64,000 nucleotides of DNA from Octopus bimaculoides. Taxonomy: Eukaryota. This document shows, one piece after another, positions 1 through 10,646 of this stretch (the first letter of the stretch is position 1; each line of letters starts with the position of its first letter). The position numbers and the translations under genes were made by a program. The stretch spans positions 64,929,690-64,993,689 of the forward strand of contig NC_068989.1 in NCBI RefSeq assembly GCF_001194135.2. The letters run 5' to 3'. The notes beneath the pieces are model-generated. The model made no database searches, was not told the origin of the DNA, and saw only the letters and a program-made list of their open reading frames with translations.

Positions 1-116
1 CATAACTATGTTCGATATATTAATATATGCTTTAATTTTATACTAATTCTACCTTGATCAAATCCGTGCACATATGTGTTTATAATGGTTTGTCTATCTG
101 AATTTTTTTCTCTTAT

Positions 117-154
<38 letters not shown>

Positions 155-188
155 NNNNNNNNNNNNNNNNNNNNNNNNNNNNNNNNNN

Positions 189-219
<31 letters not shown>

Positions 220-787
220 GAATATAAATATATGTTATCCTGAGAATAAGGTCAGATGCCTTATATCTGAGACGAACTATTAGAATCGTACTATTCCAGT
301 CCCAAATGACATTTAGAATCGCAATGTAAAAATCTATGAATAAATAAAGGAACAAATAGAGAATTATTCTAATTTGAAAATGTTATTTCACATCCTGAAT
401 ACACTAAAATTCCTTTTACACAGCCACGCATTCATTACCTTGATCTTCATTCCCCTACCACTGAGAAAATATCTTTAAATAATGAGAAATGGTGTTTGTT
501 ATTATTATCACCATTAGTATTTCCCGTGGAATTACCTTATTTCTTTATAATTTTTGCATTATATTTGGATATTTGCTTCCAATGTTTATGGAGAAGCGTT
601 CATGTGTCCCTATTAAGCATGAGTTGTTACTAATTTCGGAAGTATTAAAATACTAATTTTAAATGTAATTTTAAAATTCATTAAAAAATATTCATTGGAA
701 AACCGAAAAAAAATATTCAGAATAAAAACCAAAGAAAATAATATCATGAACTACAAAAAAACAACAATAAAAATGGTCTTAACTCAC
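1..787 (-). other. Intron downstream of the Erg S1-S3 exon; the S4 exon lies outside the window
   Basis: Begins GTGAGT on the minus strand; no LIGLLKTARLLRL-like peptide found in 1-787. Confidence 0.8.
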
Positions 788-1267
788 ATCACTTGTTCCT
801 GAGCCAAACAGTAGCAAATCAAAAGGAATGGCAGCAATAGCATCAATAAGAAACCATCCTTTCACATAGTGTTTGGCAATTAACTGAGGATCACTGGCCA
901 CTTCACCATTTTGAAGGAAGGTAGTTCGAAAGTTAATAAGAATGTCAGCTATGAACATAATGTCAACAAGGAGGTCAATTATCACCAGGGGATCCGCCTT
1001 GCTTGTCTCGGCGTTTTTCAGGCGCGTCGCAGCATCCCTGTTAAGCTTCATTCGGATTTCGTCTTCATTTAGAAGGAAGGCCGCTGAATAGGGAGTAAAC
1101 ACGGCTGTGTACAGAACTAGCAGCAGGATTATCCAATCCCAAACGGCTTTGAACGGAGAATAGTGGAGGATTATGAACTTCATTTGTGTCGACTGTTGAC
1201 GTTTGCTTGGTTCCGGTTCTACTAAACTTCGGGACTCTTCATCACTTTTATCTTGTTTGTTGGATTC
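788..1267 (-). CDS. KCNH2: Internal coding exon (160 codons, phase 0-0) of an Erg-subfamily (KCNH2/6/7-like, ether-a-go-go-related) voltage-gated K+ channel; encodes pre-S1, S1, S2, S3
   Basis: Translation contains [34 protein letters not shown]...[24 protein letters not shown]...[25 protein letters not shown], the Erg signature. Acceptor: polypyrimidine tract then cctacAG|GAA (AG at 1269-1268). Donor: GAT|GTGAGT (GT at 787-786). The donor matches the end of human KCNH2 exon 6 (GSGSEE|), recalled from established knowledge. The symbol marks the subfamily, not proven orthology. Confidence 0.96.
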
Positions 1268-2611
1268 CTGTAGGATATAAAATGGAAAGAGTAAGAAATT
1301 GACAAAATAGTAAGAAAATGAAAAACAGTAAGAGATTCTCTCCAACTGTTTCAGACGCATTTTCATTGATGAGCAAATCAATTACATTACAAAAAAAAAA
1401 AAACAAAAAAAAAAACAGACCAATTTTCGTCGGAAGAATTTAAAATTTAAATCTAAAATTTAATATTTAACATTTGGACCAAAAAGTATATATCTTGACT
1501 CACTCTTCTCAAGGACGACCAAAAGAGTTTATATGCGATTGCACATATGCATGTATATTTATAATCGATGACAATATGGATTTGTTCATGGGCATGTGTA
1601 TGTATTTGGATGGACAATTCTGTATGTATACATGAATATATACGTAAGTGTCAATATATATACTGTTGATACACGGGTATGATTTTCTCGACCTGAAATC
1701 GATGTTTTTATAACTAAAATATCTTGATTCAAAAGGATACTTCAAATGATAATAATAATAATAATAATTATATATATATNNNNNNNNNNNNNNNNNNNNN
1801 NNNNNNNNNNNNNNNNNNNNNNNNNNNNNNNNNNNNNNNNNNNNNNNNNNNNNNNNNNNNNNNNNNNNNNNNNNNNNNNNNNNNNNNNNNNNNNNNNNNN
1901 NNNNNNNNNNNNNNNNNNNNNNNNNNNNNNNNNNNNNNNNNNNNNNNNNNNNNNNNNNNNNNNNNNNNNNNNNNNNNNNNNNNNNNNNNNNNNNNNNNNN
2001 NNNNNNNNNNNNNNNNNNNNNNNNNNNNNNNNNNNNNNNNNNNNNNNNNNNNNNNNNNNNNNNNNNNNNNNNNNNNNNNNNNNNNNNNNNNNNNNNNNNN
2101 NNNNNNNNNNNNNNNNNNNNNNNNNNNNNNNNNNNNNNNNNNNNNNNNNNNNNNNNNNNNNNNNNNNNNNNNNNNNNNNNNNNNNNNNNNNNNNNNNNNN
2201 NNNNNNNNNNNNNNNNNNNNNNNNNNNNNNNNNNNNNNNNNNNNNNNNNNNNNNNNNNNNNNNNNNNNNNNNNNNNNNNNNNNNNNNNNNNNNNNNNNNN
2301 NNNNNNNNNNNNNNNNNNNNNNNNNNNNNNNNNNNNNNNNNNNNNNNNNNNNNNNNNNNNNNNNNNNNNNNNNNNNNNNNNNNNNNNNNNNNNNNNNNNN
2401 NNNNNNNNNNNNNNNNNNNNNNNNNNNNNNNNNNNNNNNNNNNNNNNNNNNNNNNNNNNNNNNNNNNNNNNNNNNNNNNNNNNNNNNNNNNNNNNNNNNN
2501 NNNNNNNNNNNNNNNNNNNNNNNNNNNNNNNNNNNNNNNNNNNNNNNNNNNNNNNNNNNNNNNNNNNNNNNNNNNNNNNNNNNTATATATATATATATAT
2601 TCTTTCAATCC

Positions 2612-2825
2612 TTTACTTCTCTTAAACTGCGGCTATTCCGGACCACCACATTAAGGGGGTTTAGTCGACCAAATCATCCTCAGAAATTATTATTTGTAAG
2701 ACTAGTGCTTATTCTATCGGTTTCTTTTGATGAAATACTAATTTACGGGGATGTAAACACAACAACATCGGTTGCCAATCGATGCTGGTGAGTGGTGGAC
2801 AAACTCAGACACAAAGACACAAATA
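2612..2825 (-). mobile_element. SINE body fragment (family D here)
   Basis: Reverse complement matches the copy at 16897-17012 (gatagaataagtactag...gtcga...gtgctccagcatggccgcag). Confidence 0.75.
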
Positions 2826-2954
2826 TATCATTTTTTTCTCGCCACTCCTTAATTCCTCTATCCCTCTGCTTCTGCTTGTCTCTCTTCTCTCTCCACGTGA
2901 CCGGTATTCGGCCAGGTCTGACCTTTCTTTCTATTCAACTGCTTGAATAAAACG

Positions 2955-3415
2955 ACGCAGATCGAGATGAAAAGTGGTTCCAGAAAGATGGGGCCACCCT
3001 CTACGAATCAAATGACTCCCTAGGCTGCCTCAAAGAATGATTTCAGGGGAGTCTGATGAGCAGGACGTGTGACGTTTAGTGGGTACCGCGTTTATCGGAC
3101 CTGACCCCTACCCCCGCTTTTTATCTATGGGAGTATAATCTGTACTGTTGGAATAATGTTTACCAGAATAACTCTCAAACGATCGGTGAACTGAAGGCAG
3201 CAATCAAAACAGAAATCAGGAAAATCCCAAAAGATGAACGTGTTCCAGTGATTGACAATTTTGTGCGATGTATGCAAGTGTTTGCGCGATATATGCCGTT
3301 TGGAGCGTATTTTGAAAGGAACAAGACTTTTATGCAAAGGGAATGATTGTAATTTGCTGGACCTTTATAGGATCTAATAAAAATTTTATGGGTACTTTTT
3401 TAGGGGGTTACCCTG
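2955..3415 (+). mobile_element. Decayed Tc1/mariner-superfamily transposon, 3' part of transposase plus right end
   Basis: Broken reading WFQKDGA...WVPRLSDLTP...FYLW...VYQNNSQTIGELKAAIKTEIRKIP resembles the WFQQDGA / WPPRSPDLTPCDFFLWG / TIxELKxAI motifs. It ends in ...TTACCCTG|TA (TA at 3416-3417), a Tc1/mariner-like terminus and TA target. Confidence 0.85.
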
Positions 3416-3417
3416 TA

Positions 3418-3499
<82 letters not shown>

Positions 3500-5152
3500 C
3501 TAGAGAGAGAGAGCTAGTTCGATTGACTGATGCATATATAATTCTTTATTCTTCAGATTATCTCCCTTTTTACATACAAGTGGTCGTAATTTTCATTTGG
3601 CAATTATGACACATGTTGATGAGAAGATATTACTAATAAATCAAGAGTTTAAATGGTATAAACATTGATTTGTCTGTTTTGCTTCTATTTATCTCTCTCT
3701 GCTTCACACTGTATATGCATGTATACGTGCATATATGCATTACCTCTGATGGAGTGAGACAATACATACAAAGACATACGCACATACATATGCCTGTATG
3801 TATGTATATATAGATATGAATAAATAAATGAATATATATGTGTGTGTGAGTATATATATATATATATATNNNNNNNNNNNNNNNNNNNNNNNNNNNNNNN
3901 NNNNNNNNNNNNNNNNNNNNNNNNNNNNNNNNNNNNNNNNNNNNNNNNNNNNNNNNNNNNNNNNNNNNNNNNNNNNNNNNNNNNNNNNNNNNNNNNNNNN
4001 NNNNNNNNNNNNNNNNNNNNNNNNNNNNNNNNNNNNNNNNNNNNNNNNNNNNNNNNNNNNNNNNNNNNNNNNNNNNNNNNNNNNNNNNNNNNNNNNNNNN
4101 NNNNNNNNNNNNNNNNNNNNNNNNNNNNNNNNNNNNNNNNNNNNNNNNNNNNNNNATATATATATATATACACATATTGTGACATGTATATGTGTATGTA
4201 TAATGTGTACACACACATACACACACACACAAACACACACATCACACACACACATATATAATGTATTAAATATAATTATATTTCACCATATATTGATTTG
4301 AGAAAATAGCCTAATACTAGGACATATAAAACTCATGGCAGGAAAATGGATATAAGTAAGCTGCGAAACCTAATGCCTATTTTTACGTCATGCCCTGATA
4401 TTATAATATATCATATAATCAATAATCGGTGAAAGCTTATGGTTCTGCTTGATAAACTTTCACTTTCCAACGTCTTCTAATTCACACATAGTTCGCTTAT
4501 ATATATTTCTGGGCATGTTCGTTTCTGAATGTGTGCTCAACTATATTTACTAATCAACTGTTTTATTTCTAGCAATATTTCTTTTAGACGTTTTATCTTA
4601 AGCCTTCAAATATCAGTTGAATAATTTCAAGTCTATTTTCTGTGAAAGGAACTGGAATTGCATTTAAATATGACTCTTTGACAGCATTCTCTGACAATGG
4701 CTACACGGTGCAAACGATAGCGCTATGAATATTGTTTTTGCTGAATGTCATATGCAACATACAAATCTCACTGACGTAAATTATTACGCAACTCGAAAAA
4801 AGCATATATATATTATATGTACGTAGTATATACGTGTATGCATGTAGAATGTAAATTTTCCGTTCTACCATTTTGATATGGGGTATCTTCAATTTAATGG
4901 ACCCCTCTCTGGACTATTATTTCAAGACTATGTTTTTTCTTTTATATTAATTCATATCATCAATGAAGCCGTCTAGCTGGAGGTTGACAGATTCCCATCT
5001 TTTCAAAATGTTTATTCTGAATCCTAGAATTTCTACCTTTGTAATAGCGGCTTCAAAGTACGTGAGTAAACTTACTGAAAAATGAGGTATTGAGGCATAG
5101 TTGTTATCATGGCATTGTGGGATAAATCAACAGTTTCTGATTCCTGTTGTCA

Positions 5153-5202
<50 letters not shown>

Positions 5203-5224
5203 TCCTCTTTCTATATTTATATAT

Positions 5225-5910
5225 GATTAGAATAAGCAGCTAGGCGCAATATAAATGCGTAAAGGAAAAATTTGTTCGCCAGTAACTGAGTGTGCTGAAT
5301 AGCCCCTATATTAAGAAATAAGGCTTAAAACCATTAAGGATGCATGAGCGTGCAGTTTATATACATTGACAGGGGAAGTAACCTCCCCACGAGCATACCT
5401 AGAAACACTAAACTAGACTACCTTCGTCTATTATTTGCAGAGAAGTCAGCAGTGCCTATGATGGGCTCTTGTTGTATTCGACGCATGAAGACTAAAAATC
5501 CTACTTTTATCCTATTTTTCCCTTTCTCCAGATGATATTGGTAAAAAGCTGAGGAAGCCAATTACTAAGACGACCTACTCAGTGATTTGTTTAAAGTGGC
5601 ATTGACTTTTGGGAGACCTTTCAAAGTTGTTGGTACTGTTGGTAGTATATATCACTATACGTATGCCACTAGACTGATGAAGAGCAGACCTTAATTGGAT
5701 GACCGATAACTTCCAGCCCTTGACGGGTCATTTGTTTTCATCCCACCTGTTTTCAATATCCATATAATCATCCTCCTCTTCAAGCAAACTTGGTGGCGGT
5801 GTCGGTATCATCACCGACAACCCAACCATGTGAAAGGTTGTACTGTTTACGTGTTACTAGTAACACTCCAATGCAACCTGACACACGCACGCACATACAG
5901 AGAGACATAC

Positions 5911-5954
<44 letters not shown>

Positions 5955-6136
5955 TAAATGATAAAGGTGGCTAGACGCAATATAAAACCAAAAAGGAAGA
6001 AATCGATTGTCAGTAATAGTGAGTGAGTGTGCATTCTAGCCCCTGCATTGCTAGAAATAAGATTCAAAGATCCTTATAGCCACAAACATAATATAAGTCT
6101 ATGTACTGACAGGGGAGTTAACCGCCCCATAGCAAG

Positions 6137-6137
<1 letters not shown>
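5225..6137 (+). repeat. Two diverged direct copies of an unclassified interspersed repeat (about 5225-5480 and 5960-6137)
   Basis: Shared blocks in the same order: gctag(g/a)cgcaatataaa, aaaggaa, cagtaa, gagtgtg, tagcccct, agaaataag, tgacagggga. Confidence 0.7.
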
Positions 6138-6202
<65 letters not shown>

Positions 6203-7329
6203 TTGCACAAATGTGTATACACGTGTGTGTGTGTTATCGACTACTGAGAATAAGTTCTCTTTATCTTTGTTAAAATATTGGTGGTGGAGAAAGTTAGCTT
6301 GATGCAGAACCCTTATGTAAGGAATGAATCTGGCTCATTTGTGAATTTTCATTGGTATTTGAAACTTGGCATGCTCTTACACTTACGCCTGCACCCTTTA
6401 TTCACACTGTAATAACGTGCCTCATTTTCGTTTATATACAATACTTTAATCAATGAAAACAACACTGTGACATGTTTCAACACTTCGCCTACAATATATA
6501 CTAATAATGAAATAGTTATGTAAATGACTAGAATCAGGGTGTAGACCCATTAAGGTTTATCTCTGTGCAGTAGCTATATGTGTCTTACTTTAATCTTTCC
6601 GCGTTAAATATACGTGTTATAACGTAGCTTTCGTTTTTATCATGAACTTCCTATTAGTCACATTCAAATATATTCATCGATTCATTTCTCTCTCAATAAA
6701 ATACTCTCTAGACATCTTGAAACTTTGGAGGCTCTTTACGTAGTTTTTATTTCAATAGACAATAATCAATGAAAATGATTCAACGTTTTATTTGTATAAT
6801 TAGCATCACAACCAAAATATCATCCATGGCTACGACTCCTTATCTTTTGGAACCATTAAAGAGAAATATATTTCAATAAGATTCATTATTTGAAATACAC
6901 CGCGGTGTTTAAATTGTGCGCATTACGCCCCTTACATATTCTATTATTACCTGTCTTGTTATCATAGAGATATAGACAATAGAAAAACATATGGTGTGTG
7001 TCTTCAAAAAAGAACAAAAATAAACGCAATATTATTTCTTTGGCTGTGACGGAATTAAATGTTGGTGGATTGATAGGATATTAAGCCGTTAGTTCAAATC
7101 GTATCGAAATTAGTTTAAATTTTACATTTCCGCTCATGATATTTCAAAATCGTCTTCATATACAGATGTCAATGTAATGGACTATACATCCTTTCAGACC
7201 TTAGCTTTTTTATCTGTGGTATAAATCAATGTCACTTTTTTGCTACTGACACTCTGCGATGTGTTGTAATGTAGGAATCTGTTGACTATATAGTTACCGA
7301 AATATGCACCTAGAACTGCGTATCGATAT

Positions 7330-7705
7330 AGAAGTATAGAGTCATAGGAGTATATGATTGATATTGGCATATATAGTCGAAGGAATATATGGTCTGTCTA
7401 TGAGAATGGAGTCAATGGAGTATTTCGTTGATGCAGGAATTTATAGTCGTAGGGTTATGTGGTTGATAAGGTGCATAAATTTGTAGCACTTTATAGTCGA
7501 TATAGATAAATTAAGTTGAAGGAGTATATGGTCGATCAAGGAGTATGTAGTCTTTGCAGTATATGGTCAATGAAGAAGTATATAGTTGTTGGGTTATATG
7601 GTCGAGTGAGGTCTTTATAGTCGTAGATGGCACATATGATCAGTGTAAGAATATATTACTCGATGCAGTAGTATACACTCGCAGATGGGTGTAGTCGAAG
7701 AAGCT
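7330..7705. repeat. Degenerate minisatellite, ~16-20 bp unit (consensus near GGAGTATATGGTCGATGAA), roughly 20 copies
   Basis: Recurring tatatggtcg / tatagtcg cores at near-regular spacing. Confidence 0.7.
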
Positions 7706-8988
7706 GCCTAATTATAATACTACTTTAATTTTCAGATGGAAGAGCAGGCTAAGGACCTTTTTGTGTAGTTCTTTAACCTGACAGAAATAGTAGTGTAATC
7801 TCCTTCAAATCGTACTCTATCACACTAATGAAATGGAAGCTAGATTGGATAATATATTCATAAAAAAACACTATGTTTGGAAGAGAATAGAGGGGCTGTA
7901 TAGAACTCCACTAATTATAGGTCTGATCGATCAAAGCTGACCTGACCTACACAGCAACCAAACATTATAACAGCAATTCACAAATGGATGAAAGGTATGT
8001 TTGTTTACCGTGAATATTTTAAACTCGTTATGTATAAAGATAATTCTAAAAAGCAGTCATTAAGCAACGATCTACCGTTTTTGGCCAACAAACAATATAT
8101 AAAAGGAATCTCAAAATTAAAAACATGGTGAGCTACACAGACCTCCTGAATATATGTTTTTTAGCTTACTCTGAATTTGGCTGTCATCCCACCTGTGTGT
8201 GTATATATACAGCATAAGTACCATCAATATGTTCTTGTTTCTTTAAAGACCGACAATGTCCTTTAATTATCATTCAGCTAAATCCGTATTAAACCATTAC
8301 TATTTTCTATTCATTTTTCCCTCCGGCATCATCTGATTTTTCGTCAACAATTTCCCCTATTTGTGTATTCCTCAAATACTTTTTAAACAATGATTTCTAT
8401 GCCTTTTCAATTTTGCTATTCTCTATCATGTGTCATCAACATTTCCAGAGTGAATGCAGTCTTTTTTTATTTTTATTCTTCCTTTTGTTTTGCTCAGATT
8501 GGAAAGAAAATCTTTGCCAGATTTGCTGCAGGATATCTCATTAAAGTCCGAGCTCAAGTAAAAGATGTTTTATTCTCTATCTTGAATGAACATATTGTAA
8601 ATGAGTGGCCACTGCTACTGCTTTCATCTGAAGAAAGAAAACTTTGTTGAATTTGTCTCTCTGGTCGATTTTGCATGCTGAAGTAACTAATATAAACGGA
8701 TTAGTGTTTTTTTACGAATAAAAAGAAATTATTTAAATAAAACAAAATAACGCTTTTTATGAAATCAATTCTACACAATAAAGATATTAATTATTTCATT
8801 AAAAACTTTTGTATTTTTCGAAGATGCTAGTCTTTTAAACAATATCGGTGAATATTTGATGCAGGCTTATAGTAGATTATTTGAATTACGATGTTCGAAG
8901 TAAACTTAATTTAAAAGAGACTAAATCACAAAGAAGTATTTATTGTTAAAATTCTTTTTCTAAACAAAGCGAAAAGATTCTTAAAGGA

Positions 8989-9025
<37 letters not shown>

Positions 9026-9580
9026 CACCCACCCACACACACACACACACACATACACACACNNNNNNNNNNNNNNNNNNNNNNNNNNNNNNNNNNNNNN
9101 NNNNNNNNNNNNNATATATATATATATATATATATAAAGTAAAATTATTGTTGTTATTGTAAACTATTTGTTTTGGGATCTGTGGTCGCATTAAATATCT
9201 CACTCGAAAACAGCTTTAGCTGTTTTGATTAAAATAAATTATAGGATTTATGCGTATATTTATCCATACAACCTGTATATATATCTCTGGGATTTGGTGC
9301 TTTGACAGTATCATTAAGAACTATTAAATGAAAGTCCTTCATGTGCTAGCTTGTCCGATTCGTTCATAAAGTCTGAGACATTCTTAGATATGTGGAACAA
9401 ACTAAAACAAGTTTATCTTACATATTTGTATATTAAAGAAGCATTGAGTTAGAATATTAACTAAATATAGCTGTCATATTTAATAGTTTCCTCCACAAAA
9501 AGTATATAATGATTTCCACTTTAGAATTTTGCAGAATTGTTAGAGCATCGGAGAAAATCTTGCAATGGTGTTCCGTTTCT

Positions 9581-9792
9581 AAGGTGACGAGTTGGCGGAA
9601 TCGTTAGCACCTAGGCAAAATTCTTAGCGGCATTCCGTCCGTCTTTGTGTTCTGAGCTCAAATTCTGCTGAGATCGACTTTGCTTCTCAACCTCTTGGGA
9701 TTGATAAAATATGCACCAGTCAAGTATTGGGCTCGATGTAACCGACTTATCACTCTCATAAAATTGCTGGCCTTGTGCCGTAATTTGAAACC
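9581..9792 (+). mobile_element. tRNA-derived SINE, family A
   Basis: gagttggcggaatcgttagcac head, B-box-like gagctcaaattc; body matches the copies at 27545, 39715, 56992 and 61100. Confidence 0.85.
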
Positions 9793-10271
9793 AATCCGTT
9801 TACCTTTTGGGTTCAAAGTTAACTTTGCTTTTCATCTACCTTCTTTTTCTTTTTTTCACTTAACTACATTTTACTTAATTGACTCTGAGCAGCATGAAAG
9901 TGCTACAACCATTTATGGGCTTTGCGCTAAGTACATAAAGGGACGTAACTAAGTACCTCTGTGTATTTATCAACACTATCAATTATACCGCCCGACTAGA
10001 ATGACAATAAAGACTTATTATAAGTATAATATTGATTTTATACAGGAACTTACAGTATTGTGCGGGTAGAATACAGTACATTTTTCATACGTATTTTATC
10101 CCACCTTGAGTGAAATAAACCAAAGACGTCCACAACCGTATGTGGATTCAGAGTAGCACGTTATCATTTCGTCCATCTTTGCCTTTCATCCGTTTGGAAT
10201 CGGTAAAATACATACCAATTATTTACATTATTTACAATTGACGGATATTTGTCCTCATCTTGTTTGTTGTT

Positions 10272-10317
10272 AACAGAACGTTTCGGCTGATATACCCTCC
10301 AGCCGTCATCAGGTGTC
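10272..10317 (-). ncRNA. Minimal type I hammerhead-ribozyme-like motif (left arm of the palindrome)
   Basis: Minus strand reads GACAC-CTGATGA-C-GGCTG-gagggtatat-CAGCC-GAA-ACGT-T-CTGTT: core, 5-bp helix II, palindromic ACGT in place of helix III, and helix I of 4 bp with a C.C mismatch at the core-proximal position. Confidence 0.6.
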
Positions 10318-10486
10318 TTGGGGAAATTTCGAACAGGGGTTCTCATTCCTGAGGTATTTTTCAATGTTGTTATTATTATTATTATTGTTATTATACAGGT
10401 CACTTCCTGTAATCGAACTTGGAATTTTGGGGTTAGTAGCCCGCGCTCTTAACCCCAAGATTCCGAGTTCGATTCCAGGCAGTGAT

Positions 10487-10539
<53 letters not shown>

Positions 10540-10600
10540 CAACAACAACAACATCGAAAAATACCTTAACAATGAGAACCCAGGTTCAAAATTTCCCCAA

Positions 10601-10646
10601 GACACCTGATGAAGCCTGGAAGGTATATCAGCCGAAACGTTCTGTT
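10601..10646 (+). ncRNA. Minimal type I hammerhead-ribozyme-like motif (right arm of the palindrome)
   Basis: GACAC-CTGATGA-A-GCCTG-gaaggtatat-CAGCC-GAA-ACGT-T-CTGTT; one mismatch in helix II and a C.C mismatch in helix I. Confidence 0.55.

Noticed and set aside
439-460. Possible micro-exon downstream of the Erg exon (ctcAG|tggtaggggaatgaagatcaag|GTAATG)
   Set aside because: The 22-nt version has an in-frame stop and the 16-nt version shifts frame; neither preserves phase 0.
779-1381. The 200-aa ORF as a complete gene
   Set aside because: The first 38 residues and the final VS* are intronic; canonical splice sites bound the true exon at 788-1267.
5675-5712. CTGATGA...GATAAC as a hammerhead
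   Set aside because: No GAAA and no convincing helix I or II.
8240-8700. Protein-like minus-strand stretches (MQNRPERQ..., YLSSDFNEISCSKSGKD...)
   Set aside because: Stops in all frames, no family motif and no consistent splice pair.
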